DNA from: a virus
Length of the DNA: 64,000 nucleotides
Strand: one strand, 5' to 3'
IMG/VR virus record: IMGVR_UViG_3300028287_000410
Span: 1 to 64,000 of that record
Shown here piece after piece: positions 38,588-47,893 of this stretch. Under the pieces are notes generated by a model. The model was not told the DNA's origin. It saw only the letters and a list, made by a program, of their open reading frames with translations, and did no database searches. Each line of letters starts with the position of its first letter. Within the stretch, counting starts at the first letter, position 1. The position numbers and the translations under genes were made by a program.

Positions 38588-39313
38588 ATGAAAAACATAA
38601 GCATCGATAACTTAAATGAAGTTATAGAAAATCTAATTTATTTACCTCTCAATATCAGTAATCCACCTGAGGGATGCATTGACGGGATAGAAGAAATAAC
38701 AGATGACATGATGAAGTGGGACGAATTCAGATCCTGTAACCTTATCCCCCTTGCTATCGACTACAGAGAAAAAGATGTCATTGAATGGGTGCCAAAATTT
38801 ATTGATAAATTTCCAAAACTAAAGACTTGGCTAGAACAAGAAGTTTTTACTAAGGTAGGTTTTGGTAGAACACTGATAATCGTTACAGACCCAGATGAAA
38901 CAAATGCTCCCCATATAGATGCGGCGCAGGATACATTCGTAGGTATATTAAATCATAAACTGCGATATGTATTACAAGGAAACGTAAGTGACTTAGTTTT
39001 CATTTCTAAGGATAATACGACTGTTATCCCAGAAATCGACAAACCTTATATTATGAATGGTAAGTGGCCACATATGATGCACAATACATACGATAAAAGA
39101 AAATACACATTAGCTATTGGTGCACCTTGGGAGCCAAGCATTGACGATGAACAATATAGAAACCTAATAACAGATGCTTATAGTAAATTTAATAAAAATT
39201 ATATTGGGTCAACTGGCATTGAGCTACCAGAAAACTGGAAGGAAATGTTTGAGGACTATGATAAAAATAAATCAAACCATGTCGATGCCAAAAATTTTAT
39301 TGAAAAAACTTGA
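38588..39313 (+). CDS. Putative 2OG-Fe(II)/cupin oxygenase
   Basis: PHID (HxD), distal WPHMMHN and KYTLAIG. Confidence 0.55.
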   Translation: MKNISIDNLNEVIENLIYLPLNISNPPEGCIDGIEEITDDMMKWDEFRSCNLIPLAIDYREKDVIEWVPKFIDKFPKLKTWLEQEVFTKVGFGRTLIIVTDPDETNAPHIDAAQDTFVGILNHKLRYVLQGNVSDLVFISKDNTTVIPEIDKPYIMNGKWPHMMHNTYDKRKYTLAIGAPWEPSIDDEQYRNLITDAYSKFNKNYIGSTGIELPENWKEMFEDYDKNKSNHVDAKNFIEKT

Positions 39314-39338
39314 CAAACTGAAACGCAGATGCTATATT
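39310..39338 (+). promoter_or_regulatory. sigma70-type promoter related to the cassette family
   Basis: AAAACTTGACAAA, 17-nt spacer, TATATT. Confidence 0.7.
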
Positions 39339-39370
39339 ATTAGAGTAAGTTAGACAAAAAGGCGAATCAT

Positions 39371-40711
39371 ATGCAAATCGAACCTAAGAAAATTGTAACA
39401 GAAGACGATTTTAACTCTGTGTTAGATGATCTACTCAAAGAAAATGGTATCGAGGTTGATGAAAACTCAGAAGAGCCTGTAGTATTTGAATACACTGATC
39501 AGGAAGTTAAAGAAATGATTGTGTCAGGTCGTGTTCGCATGTTGATTAAGCATCCGTTTTTCGGTACTCTCGCTACACGACTAAAACTAGTCGAAGCTGA
39601 ATGGTGTCCGACTGCTGCTGTTGATGGTAAGCACTTCTATTATAACTGTGATTTCTTCCGTACACTAACTTCTGAAGAAATTGACTTTGTTGTAGGTCAT
39701 GAAGTATTTCACTGTGTATATGAACACTGTGGTGAAAATGGCCGTCTGATGGATTATAAAGATGAAAATCGTGATCCTAAGTTGTGGAACATTGCTGCTG
39801 ATTATAAAGTTAATCAAGGCTGTGTAGAAGCTAAAATTGGCACAATGCCCAAGATGGCTCTTTATGATCGCAAGTATTACAAATCATATACAGAAGAAAT
39901 TTATGCTGATCTACTTCAACAGAAAGAAGATGGCAAAGACTTTAGTGGCACTGAAACACTTGATGAACATTTGTTCGGTGATGGTGATGGTGCTGGTAAA
40001 GAAGGTCAAGGTAACGATCCTTCAGGACGTAAAGCACCTATTAAAATATCTAAAGAAGAAGCTAAAGCTATCAAGGATCAGATGAAACAAGCTGTTCTAC
40101 AAGCTGCACAATCTGCTGGAGCAGGTAATCTACCGGGTGATGTAAAACGTATCATTAAAGATATGACTGAACCAAAGATGGATTGGCGTGAGCATTTAAA
40201 TCTTAATATTCAATCTTCACTAAAATCTGACTTCACATGGATGCGTCAATCACGTAAGTCACGTTCACTAGGTATCTATCTACCGGGAACTGACAATGAT
40301 TTTCGGGTTGATGCTGCTATTGGTATTGATGTTTCTCTTTCTATCTCACACGATATGGTACGTGACTTTATGGGAGAAATCTCAGGCATCATGGATCAAT
40401 TTCAAGATTTTCGTCTGCGTGTGTGGACTTTCGATACTGAAGTGTATGAAGAATCTTTTAAAGAATTTACACCTATGAACGCAGATGAAATCAAAGACTA
40501 TGAAATCATTGGCTGTGGCGGAACTGACTTCGAATGTAATTTTAACTTCATGGAAGAAAACGAGATTATTCCTGACAAGTTTATCATGTTCACAGATGGT
40601 TATCCGTTTGGATCATGGGGCAACGAAGCATACTGTGATACACTATTCGTTATTCACGGTTCACCTAACATCACCCCACCATTCGGCGACCACACATACT
40701 ACTCTAACTAA
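39371..40711 (+). CDS. DUF2201-like metallopeptidase plus VWA domain protein (MoxR partner)
   Basis: PFFG, PTAAVDG, HEVFH, WNIAAD, MIDAS-like DVSLS, GGTDF and FTDG motifs. Confidence 0.88.
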   Translation: MQIEPKKIVTEDDFNSVLDDLLKENGIEVDENSEEPVVFEYTDQEVKEMIVSGRVRMLIKHPFFGTLATRLKLVEAEWCPTAAVDGKHFYYNCDFFRTLTSEEIDFVVGHEVFHCVYEHCGENGRLMDYKDENRDPKLWNIAADYKVNQGCVEAKIGTMPKMALYDRKYYKSYTEEIYADLLQQKEDGKDFSGTETLDEHLFGDGDGAGKEGQGNDPSGRKAPIKISKEEAKAIKDQMKQAVLQAAQSAGAGNLPGDVKRIIKDMTEPKMDWREHLNLNIQSSLKSDFTWMRQSRKSRSLGIYLPGTDNDFRVDAAIGIDVSLSISHDMVRDFMGEISGIMDQFQDFRLRVWTFDTEVYEESFKEFTPMNADEIKDYEIIGCGGTDFECNFNFMEENEIIPDKFIMFTDGYPFGSWGNEAYCDTLFVIHGSPNITPPFGDHTYYSN

Positions 40712-40727
40712 AAGTATAAATATCACT

Positions 40728-41267
40728 ATGAGCGATACACTACTCTTGAATGCTGATGGCGCACCTCTGAGCGTTACTCCACTTTCAACCCTCACGTGGC
40801 AAGAAAGTATCAAACTTATCTGGCTAGACAAAATAAATGTCCTAGAATGGCATGAAGATTGGGAGGTTCGATCTCCCAATCATACTTTACTTGTACCAGC
40901 AGTCATATCAGTACGTGACTATGTTAAGAGCGCAGGTGATGTTAATTTCTCTCGCAAGAATATCTTTATAAGAGACAATCACAAATGCCAATACTGCCTA
41001 GAGACATTCAAAACATCAGAACTTACCCTAGACCACGTTATTCCTAGATCCAGAGGCGGTAAAACAAGTTGGACAAACATCGTAAGTGCATGTAAAAAAT
41101 GCAATCATGCAAAAGCGAATAGAATGGATATTCGACCAGTAATAATGCCGAAACAACCTAATCTTTATCAGATGATAGGTAATAAGAATTTTACACTATC
41201 AATCAGACATGGAATCTGGCTTAAATACCTTAACTGGCCAGAAGAATTTGTTCGCAGAGTAGCATAA
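40728..41267 (+). CDS. HNH endonuclease (McrA-like); start revised to 40728
   Basis: LLLNAD, RDNHKCQYC, TLDHVIPRSRGG and CKKCN motifs; TATAAATA at 40715-40722. Confidence 0.9.
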   Translation: MSDTLLLNADGAPLSVTPLSTLTWQESIKLIWLDKINVLEWHEDWEVRSPNHTLLVPAVISVRDYVKSAGDVNFSRKNIFIRDNHKCQYCLETFKTSELTLDHVIPRSRGGKTSWTNIVSACKKCNHAKANRMDIRPVIMPKQPNLYQMIGNKNFTLSIRHGIWLKYLNWPEEFVRRVA

Positions 41268-41280
41268 CAACAAAAAAGTG

Positions 41281-41309
41281 TTGACAATCACAAAATAATT
41301 TAGTATAAT
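41281..41309 (+). promoter_or_regulatory. sigma70-type promoter
   Basis: TTGACA-17 nt-TATAAT. Confidence 0.8.
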
Positions 41310-41381
41310 AGTATTATGATTAGATATGTTCTATTCATATTATATATAATTAAATGACATCAACCTATAGGAGAATATAAA

Positions 41382-41621
41382 ATGTCAGAAGAAACTCAAG
41401 TAGAAGCACAAGCTGAAGCTCCAGCAGTAACAGTTAATGATTTGGCTAACGTATATGCAGTAATCGATCTTGCATCAAAGCGTGGTGCATTTCAAGCTGG
41501 TGAACTTTCAGCAGTAGGCGCAGTTGCTAATAAAATCAAATCATTTATTGATTTTGTACAAGCACAACAGGCAGAGCAGGCAGAGGGCGAAGCACCAGCA
41601 GAAGCTCCTGCAGAAGGTTAA
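41382..41621 (+). CDS. Hypothetical protein
   Basis: AGGAG SD. Confidence 0.75.
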   Translation: MSEETQVEAQAEAPAVTVNDLANVYAVIDLASKRGAFQAGELSAVGAVANKIKSFIDFVQAQQAEQAEGEAPAEAPAEG

Positions 41622-41624
41622 GAC

Positions 41625-42263
41625 ATGGCTTTTCTAAAACATGTCGGTAGACACGAAGGTACTGGACAACGTTTGAGTGTTGTCTTCCTTCAGCTACCAG
41701 ATGATAAAGAAAACGCACTTGTTGTGTATAGTGATTCATTACCGGATCGATACCATGATGATTTCATGCAGGCGGTAGAATCACCAGAAGGTCAACAATC
41801 AGCAAACTTGTATGAAGTACTGGGACGTAAAGTATTTTGGCATGGTACCACTATGCTTGACACATTACACAAAGAAGGACATTTAGTAAAGATTCCAACA
41901 GGATCAATTATTATGACTCCTAACTCTAATACTAATGTTCCGCTAAATGACATTCTTGCTCAAATGGATGCCGATGACATCGAAGTCCCAGCAACGAATG
42001 ATACAACGCAGACTCCAGCAGATTCACAAGTTGATGCAAATGTAGCAGAATCTCAACAAGATGAAAATAAAGCTATTGCACAAAATCTTATGATTCAAGC
42101 AAATCTTCTACAGCAAGATGCGGATGCAAAACGTAAGGAAGCATATACATATGATCCTTCGCTTGCACCAAAGACTGAAGCAAAGCCGAAAGTACGTGTT
42201 ACTAAAGCTAAAACATCAGACGCACCAAAGAAGCGTGGTCGTCCGAAGAAGTCTGAGGCGTAG
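41625..42263 (+). CDS. Hypothetical protein with C-terminal AT-hook-like KKRGRPKK
   Basis: ORF and motif visible. Confidence 0.7.
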   Translation: MAFLKHVGRHEGTGQRLSVVFLQLPDDKENALVVYSDSLPDRYHDDFMQAVESPEGQQSANLYEVLGRKVFWHGTTMLDTLHKEGHLVKIPTGSIIMTPNSNTNVPLNDILAQMDADDIEVPATNDTTQTPADSQVDANVAESQQDENKAIAQNLMIQANLLQQDADAKRKEAYTYDPSLAPKTEAKPKVRVTKAKTSDAPKKRGRPKKSEA

Positions 42264-42264
42264 T

Positions 42265-42537
42265 ATGTCAATCAAGCGTAATAGTATTATAGACCGTATT
42301 AAGCAGGAACGTGAACGTCAAGTTGAAATTCCTGGTAGCGAATTTGATGCAAAGAACTCTCCGAATGATTGGATTGCAATTGCAACTTATTATCTTGCGC
42401 AAGAGACTAGACGTGCTACTATGCTTGAAGCACCAAGTTCGGTTGAATTTGAAAAAGAACTAATCAAAGCTGCGGCAGTAATTGTCGCGGCTTTGGAACA
42501 CACAGAACTAATGAAAGAAGAAGGTAAACTTTCATAA
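42265..42537 (+). CDS. All-alpha NTP-pyrophosphatase (MazG-like) candidate
   Basis: ERERQ...W...ELIKAAAVIVAALE pattern; start revised to ATG 42265. Confidence 0.5.
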   Translation: MSIKRNSIIDRIKQERERQVEIPGSEFDAKNSPNDWIAIATYYLAQETRRATMLEAPSSVEFEKELIKAAAVIVAALEHTELMKEEGKLS

Positions 42538-42854
42538 TGGATTTCGATAGAGACGGCGAATTTGATAGACTCATGGAAGAAATCTTCCCTATGAGTATTC
42601 CAGCACAGTTTGTTAAGTCAATCATTGTTAAGATGAAAAATGGACAAGACATTGAACTAACCGGAGATGAACTGCTACATCCATTGCCGATGGCAGAGAA
42701 TATGGGTTGGGATAAACTCGCATCACACTTTGAACAAATTGATGATATCGAAGTACAAATTGATGTAGATGGTATTAAAGAAAGCGTAGTTATGAACGTA
42801 CAAACTATTCTTTCAAATCACTTCAATGATGGATCGGGGGGAACAATTGGTTAG
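42537..42854 (+). CDS. Hypothetical acidic protein
   Basis: Overlapping ORF in the operon. Confidence 0.65.
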   Translation: MDFDRDGEFDRLMEEIFPMSIPAQFVKSIIVKMKNGQDIELTGDELLHPLPMAENMGWDKLASHFEQIDDIEVQIDVDGIKESVVMNVQTILSNHFNDGSGGTIG

Positions 42855-42855
42855 T

Positions 42856-43362
42856 ATGATTTTTGCCTGTGATAAAGCAGGAGGTATTGGTTTTAAAAAC
42901 GGTCTTCCTTGGCCTCATATCTCAGAAGATTTACAGCATTTTAAACGTATAACTGAAGACAACGTAGTAGTTATGGGTAGCAACACTTGGAACAGTCTTG
43001 GTGGTCTAGCACCACTTAGAGGCCGTATTAACTATGTGATTACTGCTAATGACTTGTCAAATTTTGCAGGAGCTTTTGACTGCTATGACTATACACAGTA
43101 TACAATGGAAAACATTATTACTGCAATTGATTTTAGGCATCCAGGTAAGGAAACTATTATCATTGGCGGCAAGAAGATTTATGATGAAGCATACAAATAT
43201 TGTAGCACAATATATATGACAAGGATTATGGATACATATAAATGTGATACAGTAGTAGATGTCGATATGTATCTAGATAATTTTGCATGTCGTTCTGCAC
43301 GTGCCGAGATAGGCAATCAGCATAAACCATCTATTTCAATTGAACGTTGGGAAAGAACATGA
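42856..43362 (+). CDS. folA: Dihydrofolate reductase
   Basis: GIGFKNGLPW..SEDLQHFK, VVMG..TWNSL and IIGG..IY motifs. Confidence 0.92.
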   Translation: MIFACDKAGGIGFKNGLPWPHISEDLQHFKRITEDNVVVMGSNTWNSLGGLAPLRGRINYVITANDLSNFAGAFDCYDYTQYTMENIITAIDFRHPGKETIIIGGKKIYDEAYKYCSTIYMTRIMDTYKCDTVVDVDMYLDNFACRSARAEIGNQHKPSISIERWERT

Positions 43363-44234
43363 GTAGTCATAACTGGAACGAAGATATGTATCTAGACTTA
43401 TTGCATACTGTGTTACATACAGGTGAGCAACGAGGACAAGAACGTACAGGAGTTGGTACTCGGGCACGATTTATGTCATGGTTAGATTTTGACTTACGTA
43501 TTGGGTTCCCACTACTAACAACTAAGAAAGTAGCTTTTAAAAGTGTACTCAGTGAATTACTTTGGTTTATCGAAGGTTCACAAAATGAACGTAGGCTTGC
43601 TGAAATTCATTATGGTAAGCCAAGAAACGAATTACGAGACAAGACTACTATCTGGACTGCCAATGCCAATAATCAAGGCAAAGCACTTGGTCATTACAAC
43701 AGTGAAGATAATAAAGACTTAGGTCCCGTCTATGGTGTACAATGGCGCAACTGGAACGGAGTAGATCAATTAGCTAATCTCATTGAAGGGATTAAAAATG
43801 ATCCTCAGGGACGTAGACATATTTTAAGTGCTTGGAATGTATCTGACTTAGATCAGATGGCTCTGCCACCGTGTCATACTATGTCACAGTTTTATGTGAA
43901 TAACGAAGGTGAACTAAGCTGTAGTCTATATCAACGTAGTGCAGACTTGTTCTTAGGTGTTCCATTTAACATTGCAAGCTATGCTCTATTAACACATATG
44001 ATTGCACACGTTTGCGGATTGAAAGTTGGGGATTACTATCACACTATTGGTGATGGTCACATCTATAATAATCACGTAGATGCAGTTAACGAACAACTAA
44101 CACGTGAAGCTACGAAGTTTCCTAAACTAAAGATTATCGGTGAGCATAAATCTATTGATGATTTTACTATGGATAGTTTCGAGATTGTGGGTTACGATCC
44201 ACTTCCATTCATTAAAGCGCCAATGGCAGTTTAA
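43359..44234 (+). CDS. thyA: Thymidylate synthase
   Basis: RTGVGT, FPLLTTK, GPVYGVQWR, MALPPCH and YQRSADLFLGVPFNIASY motifs. Confidence 0.97.
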   Translation: MSSHNWNEDMYLDLLHTVLHTGEQRGQERTGVGTRARFMSWLDFDLRIGFPLLTTKKVAFKSVLSELLWFIEGSQNERRLAEIHYGKPRNELRDKTTIWTANANNQGKALGHYNSEDNKDLGPVYGVQWRNWNGVDQLANLIEGIKNDPQGRRHILSAWNVSDLDQMALPPCHTMSQFYVNNEGELSCSLYQRSADLFLGVPFNIASYALLTHMIAHVCGLKVGDYYHTIGDGHIYNNHVDAVNEQLTREATKFPKLKIIGEHKSIDDFTMDSFEIVGYDPLPFIKAPMAV

Positions 44235-44235
44235 T

Positions 44236-45291
44236 TTATTCTACTAAGTTTAGACCGTCTATAACATCCCCATCAATGACCATATCAACCGGATGTTTTT
44301 CACCATAGAATTCATTCTGTTCCCAGCACTGGTCTTCTTCATTCCAATCAAACCAAGGGCTAACTGCTAATACGTAGTTAGTCCTTTTGTACCCTGGCAT
44401 TGGCTTTGCTACATATGGGCGATGTGTCACATATGTATCCCAAACATACCAATTTCCGGGAGTAAATGACTTTGTTCCATAATCTTCAATTTCAATACCA
44501 TATGCATTCTCTGGATTATCAAGTGCTAAGTTTATACGAAGTTCGTAAAACCAGCTTTCATCTCTGTGCCATAGGAATTTGTTTGCAGTCTCTTGTGTTG
44601 CTTTATCATCGATGCCTTTAATCTGAGCAATGCGACTACGCACAGGCGAAGACTTAATTCTATCCCTTAGTGTGCCTAAATATTCATGTCCAGAACATTC
44701 ACTCCAATTTCTAAATCCCCATGTGTCTGGGTACGTATCTTTGTTGATACGTTCACCTACGTCTTTTCTATCTTCGTATGTATCTAAAAGTTCATTTAGT
44801 ACAGTATCGTCAATTATACCATGTTGATGTAAATATCTAAACCCATGATGCATCCCAAACTCCTGGGTCTCACTCCACAAGTCTTTATCTAGACGTTTTT
44901 CCATAATCTTTTCAAATAATGAAAAGTTCTTCATAAACAGTTCATCTGGAATGTTATTTCTAGGATACCCTAATGTCTGTGCATTCTTTGGAATATTGTC
45001 ATATCTATATGTAGGATTAGTCACCAAACTCAATCCACCATAGTTAGAACTTCTAGCAAATTTACCTTGATATATGTTTAGAAACCCATACCAACCATAC
45101 TTTACGAATGCGTCTTCGATACTGTCTCTTAGTGTGTCCACATCTAATTTCGTATCTTCAAATTCGAACAATACACCTTCTTTGCTTGGTTTCATTGTTT
45201 TAGCATATTTGTCAGTATCCAGAGTTTCTGCAATCCAGGCATGGACTGCTTTTCTATCTGGGCAATCTTTTATGTAAAATCTTTTCTTCAT
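44236..45291 (-). CDS. Putative 2OG-Fe(II) oxygenase
   Basis: WHRDE, distal THRP and RTNYVL in a beta-rich C-terminal domain. Confidence 0.55.
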   Translation of the reverse strand: MKKRFYIKDCPDRKAVHAWIAETLDTDKYAKTMKPSKEGVLFEFEDTKLDVDTLRDSIEDAFVKYGWYGFLNIYQGKFARSSNYGGLSLVTNPTYRYDNIPKNAQTLGYPRNNIPDELFMKNFSLFEKIMEKRLDKDLWSETQEFGMHHGFRYLHQHGIIDDTVLNELLDTYEDRKDVGERINKDTYPDTWGFRNWSECSGHEYLGTLRDRIKSSPVRSRIAQIKGIDDKATQETANKFLWHRDESWFYELRINLALDNPENAYGIEIEDYGTKSFTPGNWYVWDTYVTHRPYVAKPMPGYKRTNYVLAVSPWFDWNEEDQCWEQNEFYGEKHPVDMVIDGDVIDGLNLVE

Positions 45292-46463
45292 TTTTTATAA
45301 CTCACATCTCCGGGATAGATAGGAACCATTGCGCCGGGCGCACGTTTTGGAATTTTACTGTCAGCACTAGATACACAACTATCTGAAATACACACCTTAG
45401 GCGCATCGAATAGTTTAAACCCACTCTCAATATACCCTAAGGGCTCGTCAGAACAACTGTAAGAGCGTTTAATAGACCCATCAGGCTCACGTATAATAAT
45501 ACCCTTAAACCCGCTTGTACAATCCCAACCTTTAAACTTGTTAAAGTTAAACGCATTAAAGCGTTCTGCTTGGTCCATGTAGTACTTGTCACCTTTACTA
45601 TCTTCGAACTCTACTTGCATGATAGGTGGGACATTCTTATCATCGCCATTAATCATATCCATCTTCCACATGCTTCCTGTGCGTGGCTTTGGACGCATTG
45701 CTTTAATAGTATTCGCTTTTTCAATAGTATCAGTGTACGCACGTTGTGGCATACCATTCTGCATCATCTTTAGTTGTTCGTCTGTGTATCCGTCTACAAC
45801 ACGTGATGCAGTAGGATCTGACTGTGGTTTTAGAGTAACATTGATTCCACGCTCATGAAAGTACATTGCGTTATTCCAATCTCTATCAAACCAGTCTGGT
45901 ACAAGTACCATATTGATTGTTACTTGCACATCATGTTCCATACAGAATAGAAGTTTGTCAGCAAATTCATCCATCTTTGCATATTCACTGTGATAAGATG
46001 CAGTAATACTTGCACGATGAAACTTTGCAACAATGTCACAATATTTCTGAAACCAATCCATCTTACGTGCCATATTTGTTGTCATATGAACAGAGGTATA
46101 ATTAGTGTTATCGACATCATCAGCCAAATGCTGCAAAATATCCAAGTATCCTGGATGAAAAGTAGGCTCACCGCCAGACAAAGAAAAATGGAAACTATTA
46201 AAACTGTTATCACGTGCTTGCCTCTTAATTTCATCTATGGTCGCTAGACACAACTCTGTTGGTCTATGATCTTTTCTATCACTTCTGGCATAAGGCCAGC
46301 AGTACGAACACTTGTAGTTACAGAAACGTCCTAATAACCAAGACACTGAAAACAAATCCCTGTATAAAAGTGTTCGTTGACCTACCTTAACGATATCATC
46401 ATACGGCGTTGCTGTAAAGTCGTATTGTGACCAGTAGTCTGCATCTTTTTCAATCTTATCCAT
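45288..46463 (-). CDS. Radical SAM protein with C-terminal Cys cluster
   Basis: CNYKCSYC and SGGEPT motifs; C-terminal C...C...CxxxxC. Confidence 0.88.
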   Translation of the reverse strand: MDKIEKDADYWSQYDFTATPYDDIVKVGQRTLLYRDLFSVSWLLGRFCNYKCSYCWPYARSDRKDHRPTELCLATIDEIKRQARDNSFNSFHFSLSGGEPTFHPGYLDILQHLADDVDNTNYTSVHMTTNMARKMDWFQKYCDIVAKFHRASITASYHSEYAKMDEFADKLLFCMEHDVQVTINMVLVPDWFDRDWNNAMYFHERGINVTLKPQSDPTASRVVDGYTDEQLKMMQNGMPQRAYTDTIEKANTIKAMRPKPRTGSMWKMDMINGDDKNVPPIMQVEFEDSKGDKYYMDQAERFNAFNFNKFKGWDCTSGFKGIIIREPDGSIKRSYSCSDEPLGYIESGFKLFDAPKVCISDSCVSSADSKIPKRAPGAMVPIYPGDVSYKK

Positions 46464-46465
46464 TA

Positions 46466-47893
46466 TTATACCTTGTATTTTTTCATCGCGTTATATAGTT
46501 CTGGCAACTGACGTTCCATATCTTCGTCGCGGATGTCATCTAACTTGCTGTTATATTCCCAAAACTTTTTATTGTTTTCTTCTGTGAACCAATCTTCTCC
46601 GTACATGAAATTAATATTCGTGTCTAACAGATTATCCATTTTCTTGATAGCCCACTCTGCATTTGCAGGTTTTATCATTCCTATTACGTTTGGATTTTTC
46701 TTAACTAGACTATGAAAATCAATAGTGTGTACTATTTCTTCTTTAAATTCAGTCCTAAATGCTTCCCAACTATCACGTACTTCATCCTTTACATCTTTCG
46801 GTAGGAAACGAGTACTTAATTCATGTGGTTTGTGAATAGGGTGTACATTTGCAAAAGGTTTTAAGTTATTCTTCAGTATAGGAGAGATAACTGCAAAATC
46901 TTGTTCAATCTTCCATTTTAAAAACTCTGGCAAATGAAATGCATTTAGGGAACCGATAGTAAATGCAATCCAGGCTCTAAAATTCATAGTCTGTGTGCCT
47001 ACTTCATCTAGTTTCTTTAGATTTTTTTCTATTAGTTTTGACTTCAATGGGTTGCGTACATATTCTAGTGTGTCTCCGATACCGTCCATAGAGATACCAA
47101 ACTGTACTTGCTTAAAGTTAGTCCATAAGTCTAACGCACGTGGTTGGATATTTGTTAGGTTAGTATTATACTCAAGTGTCATTTCTTTTGCTTTACCTTG
47201 CTCTACACAATACTTTAAGAAATCATAATGTCTTTCAATAATAAGTGGTTCGCCGCCTACTAGATATACGTGTTGCATACCAGCTACGTTCTCTTCTAAG
47301 TTCTCCCAGAAGTGATCTTTGTGTACCCAATCGTAATCATCAGCGACATACTTTCCCTTCTTATTCTTATACATTTCAACGACACCATGTGTGTCTTTGA
47401 ATTTACTTGATCCCCACATTTTAACATAGTCATCATACCAAGCACTAGAATCCATCGGTGAACACATACGACATTTTAAGTTACAAAAGTTACCTAATCG
47501 AATATCGTAATACGTTTGCTTAATATGCTCTAAGTCTATTGTACCATCTTCTTCTGTATGAGCTACCGCCTGATCCCAAGTAATGTGTTGTGCAAAACGT
47601 TCACCATCATTGATACGTCGAGATTTCATACCTGCTTTTTCTTCACGTACACAACGAATACATTCCTTATGCCACTTACCTTCAAGCATAGTAGAACGAA
47701 TTTCTTTTGCTAATGGAGAGTTAATCGCATCAGTGATTTGGTCATGATGCAAATTATAGTTTGTTCCGTCTTCTTTCTTGTAAATACCACGTGTCGGTCC
47801 TTGATTAGCATGACAACACACACGCAAATCTCCATTTGCACGTGTCGAAATGTTTATCCATGGTAGAATACAGAATGTATCACTCTTTTGCAT
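46466..47893 (-). CDS. Radical SAM protein with N-terminal twitch domain
   Basis: FCILPW...RVCC...CIRC, CNLKCRMC and GGEP motifs. Confidence 0.9.
   Translation of the reverse strand: MQKSDTFCILPWINISTRANGDLRVCCHANQGPTRGIYKKEDGTNYNLHHDQITDAINSPLAKEIRSTMLEGKWHKECIRCVREEKAGMKSRRINDGERFAQHITWDQAVAHTEEDGTIDLEHIKQTYYDIRLGNFCNLKCRMCSPMDSSAWYDDYVKMWGSSKFKDTHGVVEMYKNKKGKYVADDYDWVHKDHFWENLEENVAGMQHVYLVGGEPLIIERHYDFLKYCVEQGKAKEMTLEYNTNLTNIQPRALDLWTNFKQVQFGISMDGIGDTLEYVRNPLKSKLIEKNLKKLDEVGTQTMNFRAWIAFTIGSLNAFHLPEFLKWKIEQDFAVISPILKNNLKPFANVHPIHKPHELSTRFLPKDVKDEVRDSWEAFRTEFKEEIVHTIDFHSLVKKNPNVIGMIKPANAEWAIKKMDNLLDTNINFMYGEDWFTEENNKKFWEYNSKLDDIRDEDMERQLPELYNAMKKYKV

Noticed and set aside
40485-40727. N-terminal extension of the HNH ORF
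   Set aside because: Overlaps the VWA gene; the late-type motif and domain start point to ATG 40728
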